A DNA stretch of 64,000 bases from Candidatus Eremiobacteria bacterium (GCA_963737065.1 CAVTRC010000001.1:288001-352000), one strand, 5' to 3'. Positions 49,882-59,757 are shown, counted from the first letter of the stretch. The notes: generated by a model not told the origin, from the sequence alone. Translations and numbers: made by a program.

Positions 49882-50547
49882 TCACGTCCGAGTAGCCACC
49901 ACTTCTTTCGTTTGCGACACGGCGTATTTTCCGTACAGCATGTCGGTGTGGATTTTGTAGCCGTGCCCGGCGATATCGAGCGCCGCATGCTTCGGAAGCA
50001 TGTAGCTGCGTTCGCGTTGCTCCTGGATAGCCGCTTTGACGGACCATCCGCCACGCACCGTCCACGTCGCGAGGATCGGCGACGACGGCCCGGCAGCGTC
50101 GATCACGAGGCGCTGGACTTGTGAAGAGCGCGCGCGCGGAACGCCCGCAATAACGTACTGGTGATGTATCGGATCCGCGCTCACGACGTGAAGGTTGTAC
50201 GTCTTGCACCACGTCAGCGGCGTACCGAGTTCGCCGAACAACGACTTGAAGCGCTTCGGGACGCCCTTTCCGTCAAACGCGACGTTCGCCGGCGCTGTAT
50301 AGTGCACGCGCCCGTTCATTCCCATATGAAACGAGAAAATGAATTTGTGGACCGATACCTTCAGCGTCAGCGGCACCTTGTATGCCGCGATCCCGCGGTC
50401 GTTCCCCATCTGCGAAAACAGCGGTACCGCGCTTAAGCCGTCCGAAGGACGCGCTGAACTTGCCGCCCCGGCAAGCGAATTCATCGAAAGTACTGCAGCA
50501 AATGCTGCAGCGACCGGAACCAGATTCTTACGAGGAAGACGACGCAC
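49882..50547 (-). CDS. Secreted hypothetical protein (LolA/LolB-like beta topology possible)
   Basis: Signal peptide from GTG 50547; TATAAT at 50552-50557 on the minus strand. Confidence 0.7.
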   Translation of the reverse strand: MRRLPRKNLVPVAAAFAAVLSMNSLAGAASSARPSDGLSAVPLFSQMGNDRGIAAYKVPLTLKVSVHKFIFSFHMGMNGRVHYTAPANVAFDGKGVPKRFKSLFGELGTPLTWCKTYNLHVVSADPIHHQYVIAGVPRARSSQVQRLVIDAAGPSSPILATWTVRGGWSVKAAIQEQRERSYMLPKHAALDIAGHGYKIHTDMLYGKYAVSQTKEVVATRT

Positions 50548-50609
50548 GTTTATTATATTCCCACCGCATATACCGCGACCGCGCTGCCCGCGCGGACGTG
50601 CGCGGAAGC

Positions 50610-50625
50610 GGTGACACGTGTCATA
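50610..50625. promoter_or_regulatory. CRP-box-like palindrome GGTGA-CACGTG-TCATA
   Basis: 8/10 match to TGTGA-N6-TCACA, between the Crp gene and a divergent gene. Confidence 0.45.
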
Positions 50626-50687
50626 TGCGCGGCCGGCCGGCGCTGCTAAACGGGTATAAATAATCCAGCAACGTACGGAGGCACACC

Positions 50688-51422
50688 ATGCGGACGGTTG
50701 AACGCGGCGAGACGCTCGCGATGCTGGCGAGATCGTCCATTTTCGGCTCGTGCGACGAGAACATACTGTCGTTGCTTGTCGAACACGCATCCGTCCACTT
50801 CGCGGAGCGAGGCACGGTGATCGCGGGCGCCGGCAAGCCGTTTCCCTATGTCGGCCTCGTCTCCAAAGGCATTGTCAGCGTTACCGTAAACGCGAATACA
50901 CCGGCACGTTCCGTCCGGCGCGTCGAGCTCTACGAGGCGCGCGACGGCGGTGTCTTCGGCGCCGCCGGTTTCTTCGGATCCGCGCCGCCCTTGGGCGACA
51001 TCGTCGCGATCGCCCGGCGCACGACGTACGTGCTCATTCCCGCAAGCACGCTAAAACGCGCGCTCTCGATGGACCGCCGGCTTTTTTGGCGCATGACGTC
51101 TGCGCTCGCTACGCGCGTCCGCGCGATGGCACAACAACTTACTGCGACCAAAGGTCTTCCCGCGACCGCACGTGTCGCTTCGGTTCTCCTCCGGTTCACG
51201 TCCGACCAAGACGGGCTGCAGCCCGCGCATGCCGCGCTCGCAACGATTACGCACCGCGACATCGCAGCGGCAGCGGCATGCGTGAAGGAATCCGCAGCAC
51301 GCGCAATCTCGAAGCTCGAGTCAGCCGGTGCGCTGCGTCGTGAAAAGGGACACATCACATATCTCGATCGCGGCGTCTTATCGCACTGCGCGGAGATGAC
51401 CGGGACCGGCTCGGCGCTTTAG
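50688..51422 (+). CDS. Crp/Fnr-family transcriptional regulator
   Basis: Degenerate cNMP domain; HTH ITHRDIAAAAACVKESAARAISKLE..G. Confidence 0.85.
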   Translation: MRTVERGETLAMLARSSIFGSCDENILSLLVEHASVHFAERGTVIAGAGKPFPYVGLVSKGIVSVTVNANTPARSVRRVELYEARDGGVFGAAGFFGSAPPLGDIVAIARRTTYVLIPASTLKRALSMDRRLFWRMTSALATRVRAMAQQLTATKGLPATARVASVLLRFTSDQDGLQPAHAALATITHRDIAAAAACVKESAARAISKLESAGALRREKGHITYLDRGVLSHCAEMTGTGSAL

Positions 51423-51423
51423 C

Positions 51424-51696
51424 ATGGTTCGCATCGTTCTCGATGGAGAGTTGGATCTGAGCGCAAAAGACGCTCTAACCGAGCGACTCCATGAGGCGAC
51501 CGATGCGGACGTCGCTGTCATCGACCTCTCTCGCGTAACGTATCTCGATAGCACGGCGATCCATTGCTTCATTGAGCTGAAAAACCGCATGATCGGCCGC
51601 GGGCACGCCGGAGTCGTCAAACTGCTCTCTCCGCACGATCGCATCCGGAAAATTTTTGAGCTATGCGATCTCAACCGCTTGTTCCCAATCGTGTAA
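51424..51696 (+). CDS. STAS-domain anti-anti-sigma factor
   Basis: GELDL, IDLSRVTYLDST, IF.LC.L. Confidence 0.9.
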   Translation: MVRIVLDGELDLSAKDALTERLHEATDADVAVIDLSRVTYLDSTAIHCFIELKNRMIGRGHAGVVKLLSPHDRIRKIFELCDLNRLFPIV

Positions 51697-51804
51697 AGCG
51701 CTCCAGGGCATTATGCCTGCACGTAGCGCGCCCGCTTTCGCACGCTGCCGCACGAACTGCACACGTTTCGACGGCGCGGCGGAAGGGCAAGCAACTGAAG
51801 GCCA

Positions 51805-52338
51805 ATGACGAAGAACGCCGAGCAACTCATGACGCGAGTGCGTGCACGCGATACGGATGCGTTCGAAGCGCTGTACGACGCGCATCATCGGCTCGTGTAC
51901 GGACTAGCTGCTCGCATGCTAGGCGACGTTTCCGGCGCTGAAGACGTAACACAAGCGGTGTTTTTGAAGGTATGGCTGGCGCCAGACCGATTTCACGGCG
52001 GGAATTTTCCGGCATGGATCGCGCGCATAACGCGCAATCGCGCGCTCGACGTGTTGCGCACACGAAGCACTCGCGAGTGTGAGCTTCCGTTCGCTATGTC
52101 CGAAGACGTCCCACTGGAAGAAACGGCGTTTGCGAATCTTGATGCCGACATCGTGCGCCGTGCGGTTGCAGCGCTGCCGCAAGAGCAGCGTGAGCCGATC
52201 GAACTCGGCTTCTTCAGCGGCATAACGTACGAAGAAATTTCGCGGCGAAGCGGCGTTCCGCTCGGAACCGTTAAAACGCGTATCCGCATGGGATTGAGAA
52301 AGCTGCGCTCCTTACTCGAAGGAGCGGTAACGGTATGA
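51805..52338 (+). CDS. ECF RNA polymerase sigma factor (SigK-like)
   Basis: AFEALYD, AEDVTQ.VFLKVW, W...I.RNRA.D, LGFF.G.TY.EI....GVPLGTVKTRIR. Confidence 0.93.
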   Translation: MTKNAEQLMTRVRARDTDAFEALYDAHHRLVYGLAARMLGDVSGAEDVTQAVFLKVWLAPDRFHGGNFPAWIARITRNRALDVLRTRSTRECELPFAMSEDVPLEETAFANLDADIVRRAVAALPQEQREPIELGFFSGITYEEISRRSGVPLGTVKTRIRMGLRKLRSLLEGAVTV

Positions 52339-53066
52339 ACGGCGCACACGCGGACATGCTCGATGAAGTCGCCGTGTACGTGCTCGGAACGCTGCCCGAG
52401 GATGAGAGCGAACGCGTGCGCCGGCACATCGAATCATGCAGCGATTGCCGGGCGGAATACGAGGCGCTTCTCCCCGTCGTCGGTGCACTGGCCCGGGTTG
52501 CTGAAGCGCCCGCCGGCGCCGCGATCGGCTCAACTGATGCGTCGTCCTTACTGAAGGCGCGCATCATGCGTGAGGTTCGTCCGAGTAAGCGTAACACCGC
52601 GTTGCCGGCGTATCTCGTGGCCGCGGCCTGCGCGGTGATCGCACTCGGCTTCGGCTGGGAGACTTTGACGCTCGGAAAACAGCTTCACAACGTACAAGAG
52701 TCGTATTCCTCGATTGCGCGAGCGCATACGAACGACGAGAGCGCATTGGCTGACTTAGTGAGCGCACGGGCGAAGCGGTATATCGTTCCGGGCGGTGAAA
52801 TCGTGAAGTCAAACAATCGCATATACATTGCGATGAGCCATATGCCGAAGCCACCGGCTGGGAAAGTCTATCAAGCGTGGACCCAGCCGCACGGGTCGAA
52901 GACGATGGTTCCCGGACTGACGTTTGTGCCGAACGATCGCGGTGTAGCAATCGTACGAGTCTCGTCCGATGCAAGCGCGTTGCACGCGGTCGCGGTCAGC
53001 ATCGAGCCACCGGGCGGAAGTAAAGCTCCCACAACGTCCCCGGTGGTCGTCGAAGTCCTCGACTGA
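52335..53066 (+). CDS. Anti-sigma factor, ZAS + TM + RskA-like domain
   Basis: HxxxCxxC (HIESCSDC), TM helix, P.GKVYQAW, AVSIEP.GGS..PT. Confidence 0.92.
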   Translation: MNGAHADMLDEVAVYVLGTLPEDESERVRRHIESCSDCRAEYEALLPVVGALARVAEAPAGAAIGSTDASSLLKARIMREVRPSKRNTALPAYLVAAACAVIALGFGWETLTLGKQLHNVQESYSSIARAHTNDESALADLVSARAKRYIVPGGEIVKSNNRIYIAMSHMPKPPAGKVYQAWTQPHGSKTMVPGLTFVPNDRGVAIVRVSSDASALHAVAVSIEPPGGSKAPTTSPVVVEVLD

Positions 53067-53103
53067 TGATTTGAACGAACCGTCCGGTTCGGTCTACATG
53101 AAC

Positions 53104-54427
53104 CTATAAATGTTGGTCGAGCGACGCCAACTCTGTACGAGCCTGCTGTGCGTACGTTGGATCGAATTGCGGGTTCTCCGCGAGTGCCGAACTGGAGAAG
53201 CGACCGCGCTCTTATCGTCTGCCCGTCGTGCAGCGCGATCATTGCTGCATGATACCGTATGCGGGGATCTTGCGTGTTATATCTGGTCGCGAGGCGTATA
53301 GCGTTCCGCGCCATCGTCCATTGTCCGGCCGCAGCCGCACACCAGGCGAGCGTATCTTGCGCATAGATTTCGTCACCGCGATGCGCCACCTCGCGTTGCG
53401 CGATGTGTAAGCCGTCCGCAACCCGTACACCGTGTTCGCAATAGTAGACCGCAAGAAGACGATCGTTGATGTGATAGGCATTTCCAAGCCGCTCGACCGC
53501 GTAGATCAAGTCGCGCGTTCGTTGAGCGGCCGCCGCGTCGCCGAGTGCGTTTTGCGCGTCGCTCTCGTATCCTAGGATCTCCGGCTCCGGAACGATATTC
53601 GCGCCGGTTTGCGCAGATTTGAGCGCGCATTCCCAGTCGCGGCTTGCCCAACAAAAGCGCGCGAGGGCACGGTATGCCATTTCAAAATTACCGAACTGCG
53701 ATATCGCAACACGCTCCTCGCGCTCGGCGGAAGCAACGTCGCCCGCCGAAAATGCGAGTTCACCCGCGCGAAAATGATACCAGGCACGTGCTTGTGCCGA
53801 ATTGTCGGCTACAGCGTCGGATTGCGCGGTAGCGCGCGCTAGCGCTGTGCGCGCGCGTTCGAGATTGCCCGTGAGCTCGTCATATCGAGCTTGAACCGCT
53901 AGGACGGTTGGCGTCACATGGATTGCGGACGCGATTCGAAGATCGCGCGCTGCGGCCCGGTAATCGCCAAGCTCCATCTGCAGCGACGCCATCTGCGAGG
54001 GCGCATTTGAGTCATTGGGTTGATCCGCGTGCGCGGCTGTCTCGTACGCCAACGCCGTCGGAAAAAGGTGCAGCGCCGTATATGCCGATGCTGCGATTTC
54101 GTCCGCTGCAGCATTGTTTTGCGGTTGTAGCTTAAGGGACCGCTTCGCGTCGCGTATCGCGCGCAGAATGTCGGCTACATCCTGTTCTTCGCGGTAACGT
54201 TGCATGTACTGCGCCGCCAGAAGTTTCGCGCTGATTTGATCCTGCGGATATGCCCGCACACGCTGCTCGTAAAATGCGATCGTCGCGTTTCGAAACGTGT
54301 AATCGGGCAGCACCGGCGCAACGTACGCCTGAGCCGACGCCGGCCGGTGCGACGCGAATACCGGCCATGCGGCGACTGCTATAATTGCAGCCGCCGCTAT
54401 GATCGTCGTCGAGATGCGAAGCTTCAG
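53104..54427 (-). CDS. Secreted TPR protein (CTG start; 1-nt insertion near 53190)
   Basis: Paralog of 56082-57386; corrected C-terminus SALAENPQFDPTYAQQARTELASLDQHL*; AGGAG SD before CTG overlapping upstream TGA. Confidence 0.82.
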
Positions 54428-55143
54428 TGAGGTGCTCCTAAGTAGGGGAACGCCGTCGTGAAATGCTTCGGTGCGGTTTGCCACGATACGTGATCCGACG
54501 TGAGGTCGGGGCGGTGCCCCGACGGGTACGTCGCGTCAGCTCGTCCATCGGACTCTTTCATATCGTCGGGGGCGAGTCCAAGGCTCGGAATCGTTTTTCC
54601 GAAAATCGTTCCAAGCGAGAGATCAACCACGTCGTCCGTGAGCGCGCGACCGCCGAATGGCTTTAACGCCGCCGGCGCTTGCGTGGCGCCTTTCGTTTCA
54701 ATGCCAAGGTAGTTGTTGCACGTGCCCGGAGCAGTGCCGATACACGATTGGCTTGTTCCGGAGAGATCGACGATTTGCACGTCCGGCGTCAGCACGCTTC
54801 GCTCGACGGTCGCGATCGCGGTGCTACGGCCGGCAACGTTCGTCATGAACGCCATGATTTGAGGACCAAGGACGGCCGCATCTTGATTAGGAGTATCGAT
54901 ATTGTTCCCTTGATGCTCGGCGAACGTCGCGAACACTTCGTTAACGGCCGGCCGATTCAAACGGTCGAGTTGCTTGTACGGGCCGGCGCCCAATGATGTT
55001 AGTTCCGGATTGCCGCCCGGGGGATTCGATGGTGCAACGGGTGCTCCACCGTTTGGCGATGTGGTGCTGCCTCCACCCGAACAGGATATGAGCAGAAGCG
55101 ATGCGGCAAGAGAGACGGTAGCTGAAAATAGTATACGTCGCAT
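54424..55143 (-). CDS. DUF4331-family lipoprotein (C-terminal half)
   Basis: Lipobox LISC; QLDRLNRPAVN, GGR.L.DDVVD.SL, FPYLG.PH. Confidence 0.85.
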   Translation of the reverse strand: MRRILFSATVSLAASLLLISCSGGGSTTSPNGGAPVAPSNPPGGNPELTSLGAGPYKQLDRLNRPAVNEVFATFAEHQGNNIDTPNQDAAVLGPQIMAFMTNVAGRSTAIATVERSVLTPDVQIVDLSGTSQSCIGTAPGTCNNYLGIETKGATQAPAALKPFGGRALTDDVVDLSLGTIFGKTIPSLGLAPDDMKESDGRADATYPSGHRPDLTSDHVSWQTAPKHFTTAFPYLGAPH

Positions 55144-55150
55144 CGTTCAC

Positions 55151-55909
55151 CTAGCTCCCACTCGACGTGTATGTCGTGACCCAGTATGCGATCTTCGGTC
55201 CGTTGCAGCCGGCGATCAAATCGGCACGCGGCATCTCAATGACGATCGAGAGCACGTTGTAACCCGTGAAAAAGTCTTGTCCCGGATCGTTGAATCCCTG
55301 AGGACACGTTCCGTTTCCGAGTTTCGGAAGGCAGCTTGGCGCCATGCTTCCTCTGTTGCGATCGGGAAGTATTTTAAGGAACTGCGCCAGATCGAAGAAG
55401 AACGGCTCTTCGCGGGCGCCCGCGAAAACCTGCATATCGCCGACCTTGAAGGGCTGGCCGATCGTTCCTTGCCCGGTCATCGGCACGAGCGATGCTTGAT
55501 TTCCAAGCGATACGGGGTGCGCGGGCCCGTTGACGTAGATCGGTTGATTTGCACCCGGTTGACCCGCTACGACCTGGATCACGAACGATTGGTAAATGCT
55601 TTGCGATGGCGTCATCGTGTTCTCGTCTTCGCCATCGAAGTTCATTTGGTAGATTACGCCGGGATCGAAGAACGTGGAGGAGCCCTGGCCGCTCGGGATG
55701 AGCGGATGGACGTTCATCACCATGACGACGTTCTTGGCGTTGTCCGGCGCCGGGAAAATGTATGGATCGGTAATGTCGGCGCCCGGTCTACCGATAGTGA
55801 CGGGGGAGTCTTGATGATCGGAAGCTCTCGCGGCAAACGTCATATACAGTCCGAAAGCAAGCACGAGAGTTGCGAGCATCGCGACGCCGCCGAGCAGTCG
55901 CGATTTCAT
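55151..55909 (-). CDS. DUF4331-family secreted protein (N-terminal half)
   Basis: ASDHQDSP, ADITD.Y.F, FAG.R.EPFFFD, NVLSIVIE.P. Confidence 0.88.
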   Translation of the reverse strand: MKSRLLGGVAMLATLVLAFGLYMTFAARASDHQDSPVTIGRPGADITDPYIFPAPDNAKNVVMVMNVHPLIPSGQGSSTFFDPGVIYQMNFDGEDENTMTPSQSIYQSFVIQVVAGQPGANQPIYVNGPAHPVSLGNQASLVPMTGQGTIGQPFKVGDMQVFAGAREEPFFFDLAQFLKILPDRNRGSMAPSCLPKLGNGTCPQGFNDPGQDFFTGYNVLSIVIEMPRADLIAGCNGPKIAYWVTTYTSSGS

Positions 55910-55954
55910 AGATTGGTAATCGCTCCGTTGAAGGAAATTCCGAGTAATGGGGAC

Positions 55955-55982
55955 ACAACGGCCGGGATCGATAGGCGGATGT
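55955..55982 (-). promoter_or_regulatory. ECF-type promoter ACATCC-N16-CGTTGT
   Basis: Upstream of split-DUF4331 operon; same motif as four other copies. Confidence 0.7.
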
Positions 55983-56047
55983 AACGACGCGCGATTTAGG
56001 GTCGGAAGCCCTAAGCAAACCCGGTAAAGGGCCTATACCAAAAAAGG

Positions 56048-56076
56048 CAATCCATACCGCGCGTCTGCACGTTGAT
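56048..56076 (+). promoter_or_regulatory. ECF-type promoter CAATCC-N16-CGTTGAT
   Basis: Ends 5 nt before GTG 56082. Confidence 0.8.
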
Positions 56077-56081
56077 ACCTC

Positions 56082-57386
56082 GTGCGCGCGTTTCGTGTAA
56101 TCGCCGTTATTGCGGCGGTGGCAATCATACTCTGGCCATTTTTCGGGAACCGGCATGGAGACGCGGCTGCATTCCAAGCCCCGATAACACGCGACTATCT
56201 CGTGCGCGATCGTGTCATCTCGTTTTACGAGCGGCGCATGCGTGAAGATCCGGCTGATGGTTTGAGTGCGCGTTTGCTTGCGAGCCAGTATCTGCAGCGC
56301 TACCGCGAAACACTCGACGTTGGGGATGTCACGCGTGGCATCGGCGAAGCCGCATATTCGCTTCGCCGGCAACCCGCGCACAACGCAGCCGCAGACGAAC
56401 TCGCTGCATCGGGATACTACGCGCTCCACGATTTCACGCGCGCATTGTATTTTGAAAATCTAGCGCACGGTACCGATTCGGCCGATGCAAACGCTCCCTC
56501 GCAGATGGCCCTGCTCGCGATGGAGTTGGGGCACTACGCGCAGGCACAATCGTTCATCCGGGAGGCGGCGCGCGCGGGCGCAGGGCCGGCGGAATGGTCG
56601 GCGGAGGCGCGCTATGACGAATTGACGGGATCGATCGACTCCGCCAAAGCCCTAATGGAGCGCGCCGCGCAACGAAGCGATGCGGTGATCGACACGCCGG
56701 CGTCCTCTCGAGCTTGGTACCACGTTCGTCTTGGCGAGATGGCTTTCGCGACCGGCGACGTTAACCGTGCAGAAGCCGAGGAGCATATCGCGCTCGTCGA
56801 CTTTCCTCGATACGAACTCGCATATCGAGCGCTAGCGCGATTCTGTTGGGCGGACCGTGACTGGCGTTGCGCGCTCGATACGGCGCGAACCGGCGCGCAG
56901 ATTCTTCCCGAACCCGAAATTCTCGGTTACGAGAGTGATGCGCAACGTGCGCTCGGCGACGTTCAAGGCGCGCGTCGAACACGAGACCTTATCTTCGCCG
57001 TTGAACGCATCGGCAACGCCTACCACATCAACGATCGCCTTCTGGCGACATATTATTCGGAACATGGTGTCCGGCTCGAAGACGCGTTTGCGATCGCACA
57101 GCGAGAAGTAACGCTCCGCGGAACCGAGATCTTCGCACAAGACACTTTTGCTTGGGCCGCGGCAATGGCCGGTCGTTGGGCGATCGCCGACCGCGCAAGC
57201 GCGAACGCCATGCGGTTTAACACCCAAGACTCACGGATTCTTTTCCACGCGGGCGCTATCGCGTATCACTTCGGTCGAACGGCGCGCGCTCGCGCGCTGC
57301 TGCGGCGCGCCCTCGCGCTAAACGCGCATTTCGATCCTTTCTACACCGTGCAAGCGCAAAGCATGCTTGCTACACTCTCGCAGTAA
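56082..57386 (+). CDS. Secreted TPR protein
   Basis: N-terminal hydrophobic segment, TPR helices, QD..AW, .FHAG.I; paralog of 53104-54427. Confidence 0.88.
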   Translation: MRAFRVIAVIAAVAIILWPFFGNRHGDAAAFQAPITRDYLVRDRVISFYERRMREDPADGLSARLLASQYLQRYRETLDVGDVTRGIGEAAYSLRRQPAHNAAADELAASGYYALHDFTRALYFENLAHGTDSADANAPSQMALLAMELGHYAQAQSFIREAARAGAGPAEWSAEARYDELTGSIDSAKALMERAAQRSDAVIDTPASSRAWYHVRLGEMAFATGDVNRAEAEEHIALVDFPRYELAYRALARFCWADRDWRCALDTARTGAQILPEPEILGYESDAQRALGDVQGARRTRDLIFAVERIGNAYHINDRLLATYYSEHGVRLEDAFAIAQREVTLRGTEIFAQDTFAWAAAMAGRWAIADRASANAMRFNTQDSRILFHAGAIAYHFGRTARARALLRRALALNAHFDPFYTVQAQSMLATLSQ

Positions 57387-57407
57387 CATCGGAGCAACCA
57401 CACAACA

Positions 57408-58688
57408 ATGAGATCGTCGTCTCGCCTCGCTTTCCCGATCTTTGCCGTGTTCCTCGCCGTTGTCGCACTCACGCTGTATCTACCGCGGACGGCGCGCACT
57501 TCCGACCATCAAGACTCGCCGCTGATGGTGGGGCGTCCCGGCGCGGACATCACCGACGTGTTCGTCTTTCCCGCAGCGAACCCCAATGATGTCGTCCTCG
57601 CAATGAACGTTCATCCCTTGATCGCCGCTGGAACGTACAGTACGGTATCGTTCGATCCTGGGGTTATGTATCAGTTCAAAATCGCGACGAACGGCGGCTA
57701 TCGTGAAAATAAAGTCATCCAGTTCCGTGCAATCGGATCGGGCCCGTCGCAACGCATTGAGATGTATGGGCCCGCGGCACCGGCAACACCGGGAACGGTC
57801 TCGCAGTGGGCCGGCTCACCGCAAACGTTCACCGTTAATCGCAAGGCGCAACTCTCCGGCGGGATCATCGCGATGGCCGGTCCAAGGCAAGACCCTTTCT
57901 ATTTCGATCTGGCCCAGTTCCTCAAGATCGTTCCTGACCGCAGCTATAAGTACCACCCGCCGGCGGGGAACGGCGTGCCGGCGCCCTCGGCGCGGTGTTT
58001 CCGCAAGCCGGGTGTCGATACGCTGCGCGGTTACGATGTTCTATCGTTCGTCGTAGAACTGCCGCGCCGGATGCTCGCCAACTCCAACGGAAAACTCGGC
58101 GTTATTCGTGTCTACGCGACCACGTCAACCGAACAGAACGGCCGATGGATTCAGGTGGAGCGGCTCGGGCGTCCTGCGGTGAAGGAAGCGTTTCAAATGT
58201 ATGAGCGTCACGACGCGACGAATCGGAGTGCTCCGTGGAACGATCCGCTGCTGCCGCACGATATCATTTCGTTTATGACGTCGCCGCGCGCCGCGCACCG
58301 TTCGATGCAACTCGCGAAAGCCGTAGAAGCCGTACTGATTCCTGATGAAATGGAAGCAGATCTCTCCGCCGACGGACCCGCGCGTTATCTTGCTGTCGAG
58401 ACGAAAGGCAAGAGCGGACTGCCTACCGGCATCGTGCGAGTTGTCCCGGACTTTCCGCTCGGCGGCGTGAAGAAAGCGTTGAAGAACCCCTACCGTGATT
58501 TCGGCGGCCGCGATCCATCGAGCCCGGTCATCGATCTTTCACTCGGCATCATTTTCGGAACGCTCGGTGAAAAGGTCGGACTAGCGCCGCCCGACGGGCA
58601 ACAGACCGATTGTCTCACGAGCGACAACGTTCAACCACCGGATCGAGGCGTAACAAAAACGTTCCCATATCTCGGCGTGCCACTCTAA
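57408..58688 (+). CDS. DUF4331-family secreted protein (full length)
   Basis: SDHQDSP, ADITDVFVF, GPRQDPFYFD, QVERLGRPAV, TFPYLG.P. Confidence 0.9.
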   Translation: MRSSSRLAFPIFAVFLAVVALTLYLPRTARTSDHQDSPLMVGRPGADITDVFVFPAANPNDVVLAMNVHPLIAAGTYSTVSFDPGVMYQFKIATNGGYRENKVIQFRAIGSGPSQRIEMYGPAAPATPGTVSQWAGSPQTFTVNRKAQLSGGIIAMAGPRQDPFYFDLAQFLKIVPDRSYKYHPPAGNGVPAPSARCFRKPGVDTLRGYDVLSFVVELPRRMLANSNGKLGVIRVYATTSTEQNGRWIQVERLGRPAVKEAFQMYERHDATNRSAPWNDPLLPHDIISFMTSPRAAHRSMQLAKAVEAVLIPDEMEADLSADGPARYLAVETKGKSGLPTGIVRVVPDFPLGGVKKALKNPYRDFGGRDPSSPVIDLSLGIIFGTLGEKVGLAPPDGQQTDCLTSDNVQPPDRGVTKTFPYLGVPL

Positions 58689-58711
58689 GAGTGCGCGCGC
58701 GATCGTCTGCA

Positions 58712-59206
58712 TCACGAGTGGGGCAGCGCGTCGAGTTCGTCGACGTTGACGTATCCGCGGTGTCGCGGTGGCGGCGGTGAAGTGACGACGATTCCCGCCG
58801 TCTGAATTTTGCCCGGAAGCGTGCCGCTGTCGTATACAAGCACGTGCGTTTGTTTCCGTGGCGCATAGAAATCGACGCTTTGCGGACGCCGGCCGGGGAT
58901 GACGACGCTTCCGGTGCCGCCGTTCTTCCCTCGGATACCAAAGATCCGCAAACGGCTTCCCGAAAAAACGATGGTAATGGAATCGCCGCCGTCGAAAGAG
59001 CGCGCGCTCTCGCCATGAAACCGTCCGTCGTCGCGATGGATGATCTGCCAACGGCCCGAGTACCGAACGTCCAAGATAGATTTTTCGTGTTCCGCGGCTA
59101 CCGACTGTACAACGGCCGACGCCGCGGCGGCCTGCGCCGCCCGTGGATCGGCCGCGTGACAGTCGACCAGCAGCGTTACGGCAACCGTCGCGGCCAAAAC
59201 CTTCAT
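58712..59206 (-). CDS. Putative lipoprotein with galactose-binding-like jelly-roll domain
   Basis: LVDC lipobox-like; YSG.W, GDS....F.G....IFG......G...V. Confidence 0.7.
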   Translation of the reverse strand: MKVLAATVAVTLLVDCHAADPRAAQAAAASAVVQSVAAEHEKSILDVRYSGRWQIIHRDDGRFHGESARSFDGGDSITIVFSGSRLRIFGIRGKNGGTGSVVIPGRRPQSVDFYAPRKQTHVLVYDSGTLPGKIQTAGIVVTSPPPPRHRGYVNVDELDALPHS

Positions 59207-59757
59207 TGAGTCGGATACGCTCGGTGCAAATCCATTATCGCTGCGGAAAGGATCACGTGAAATTCGGCATTGTTTCGAGGGCCGACGGCGGTATCGGCAT
59301 CCGCCTCGTGCATCAACGTAATGTGCATAGGCCGCGAAAGCATGTGTTCGAGCATATACCCGACGTCATATCGGCCATCCGGCATGACACCCGCATTGTA
59401 CAGTGAACGTGCCAGCGTAGGCGCCGGCGGAACGGATGCGTCGGGAAGGGAGATATGCTGACGTTCTACTTGGATAACGGCAAGGTGCACGAATGCGTCA
59501 AACGTTTTGAAAAACTGAGCGACGTTTGCCGCGCCGAATCGATGTTGAAGCGACGCGCTTTCCTTCGCCATATCCGGTCCCGCCAGATACGCAACGAGCT
59601 TCTCCGACGAAAACGATTTGGCGCCGCCACCGGCGGCGATCATTTGCGCGGTCAACGTCAGATCGGGCTTACCATAGTATCGCCCGTGCGATGCATTCAT
59701 CGCCGCTGACGAAGCACCATGAGTCAACGCCGCTGCCATCAAAAGCCCGAAAACCAT
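59203..59757 (-). CDS. Secreted helical hypothetical protein with His/Met cluster
   Basis: Signal peptide; Y.G.PDL.LT...I.AGGG...FS; EHMLSRPMHITLMHE. Confidence 0.8.
   Translation of the reverse strand: MVFGLLMAAALTHGASSAAMNASHGRYYGKPDLTLTAQMIAAGGGAKSFSSEKLVAYLAGPDMAKESASLQHRFGAANVAQFFKTFDAFVHLAVIQVERQHISLPDASVPPAPTLARSLYNAGVMPDGRYDVGYMLEHMLSRPMHITLMHEADADTAVGPRNNAEFHVILSAAIMDLHRAYPTQ

Noticed and set aside
52871..53103. TPR ORF extension antisense over the anti-sigma gene
   Set aside because: Frameshift artefact; the paralog-matching C-terminus ends at TAG 53104.
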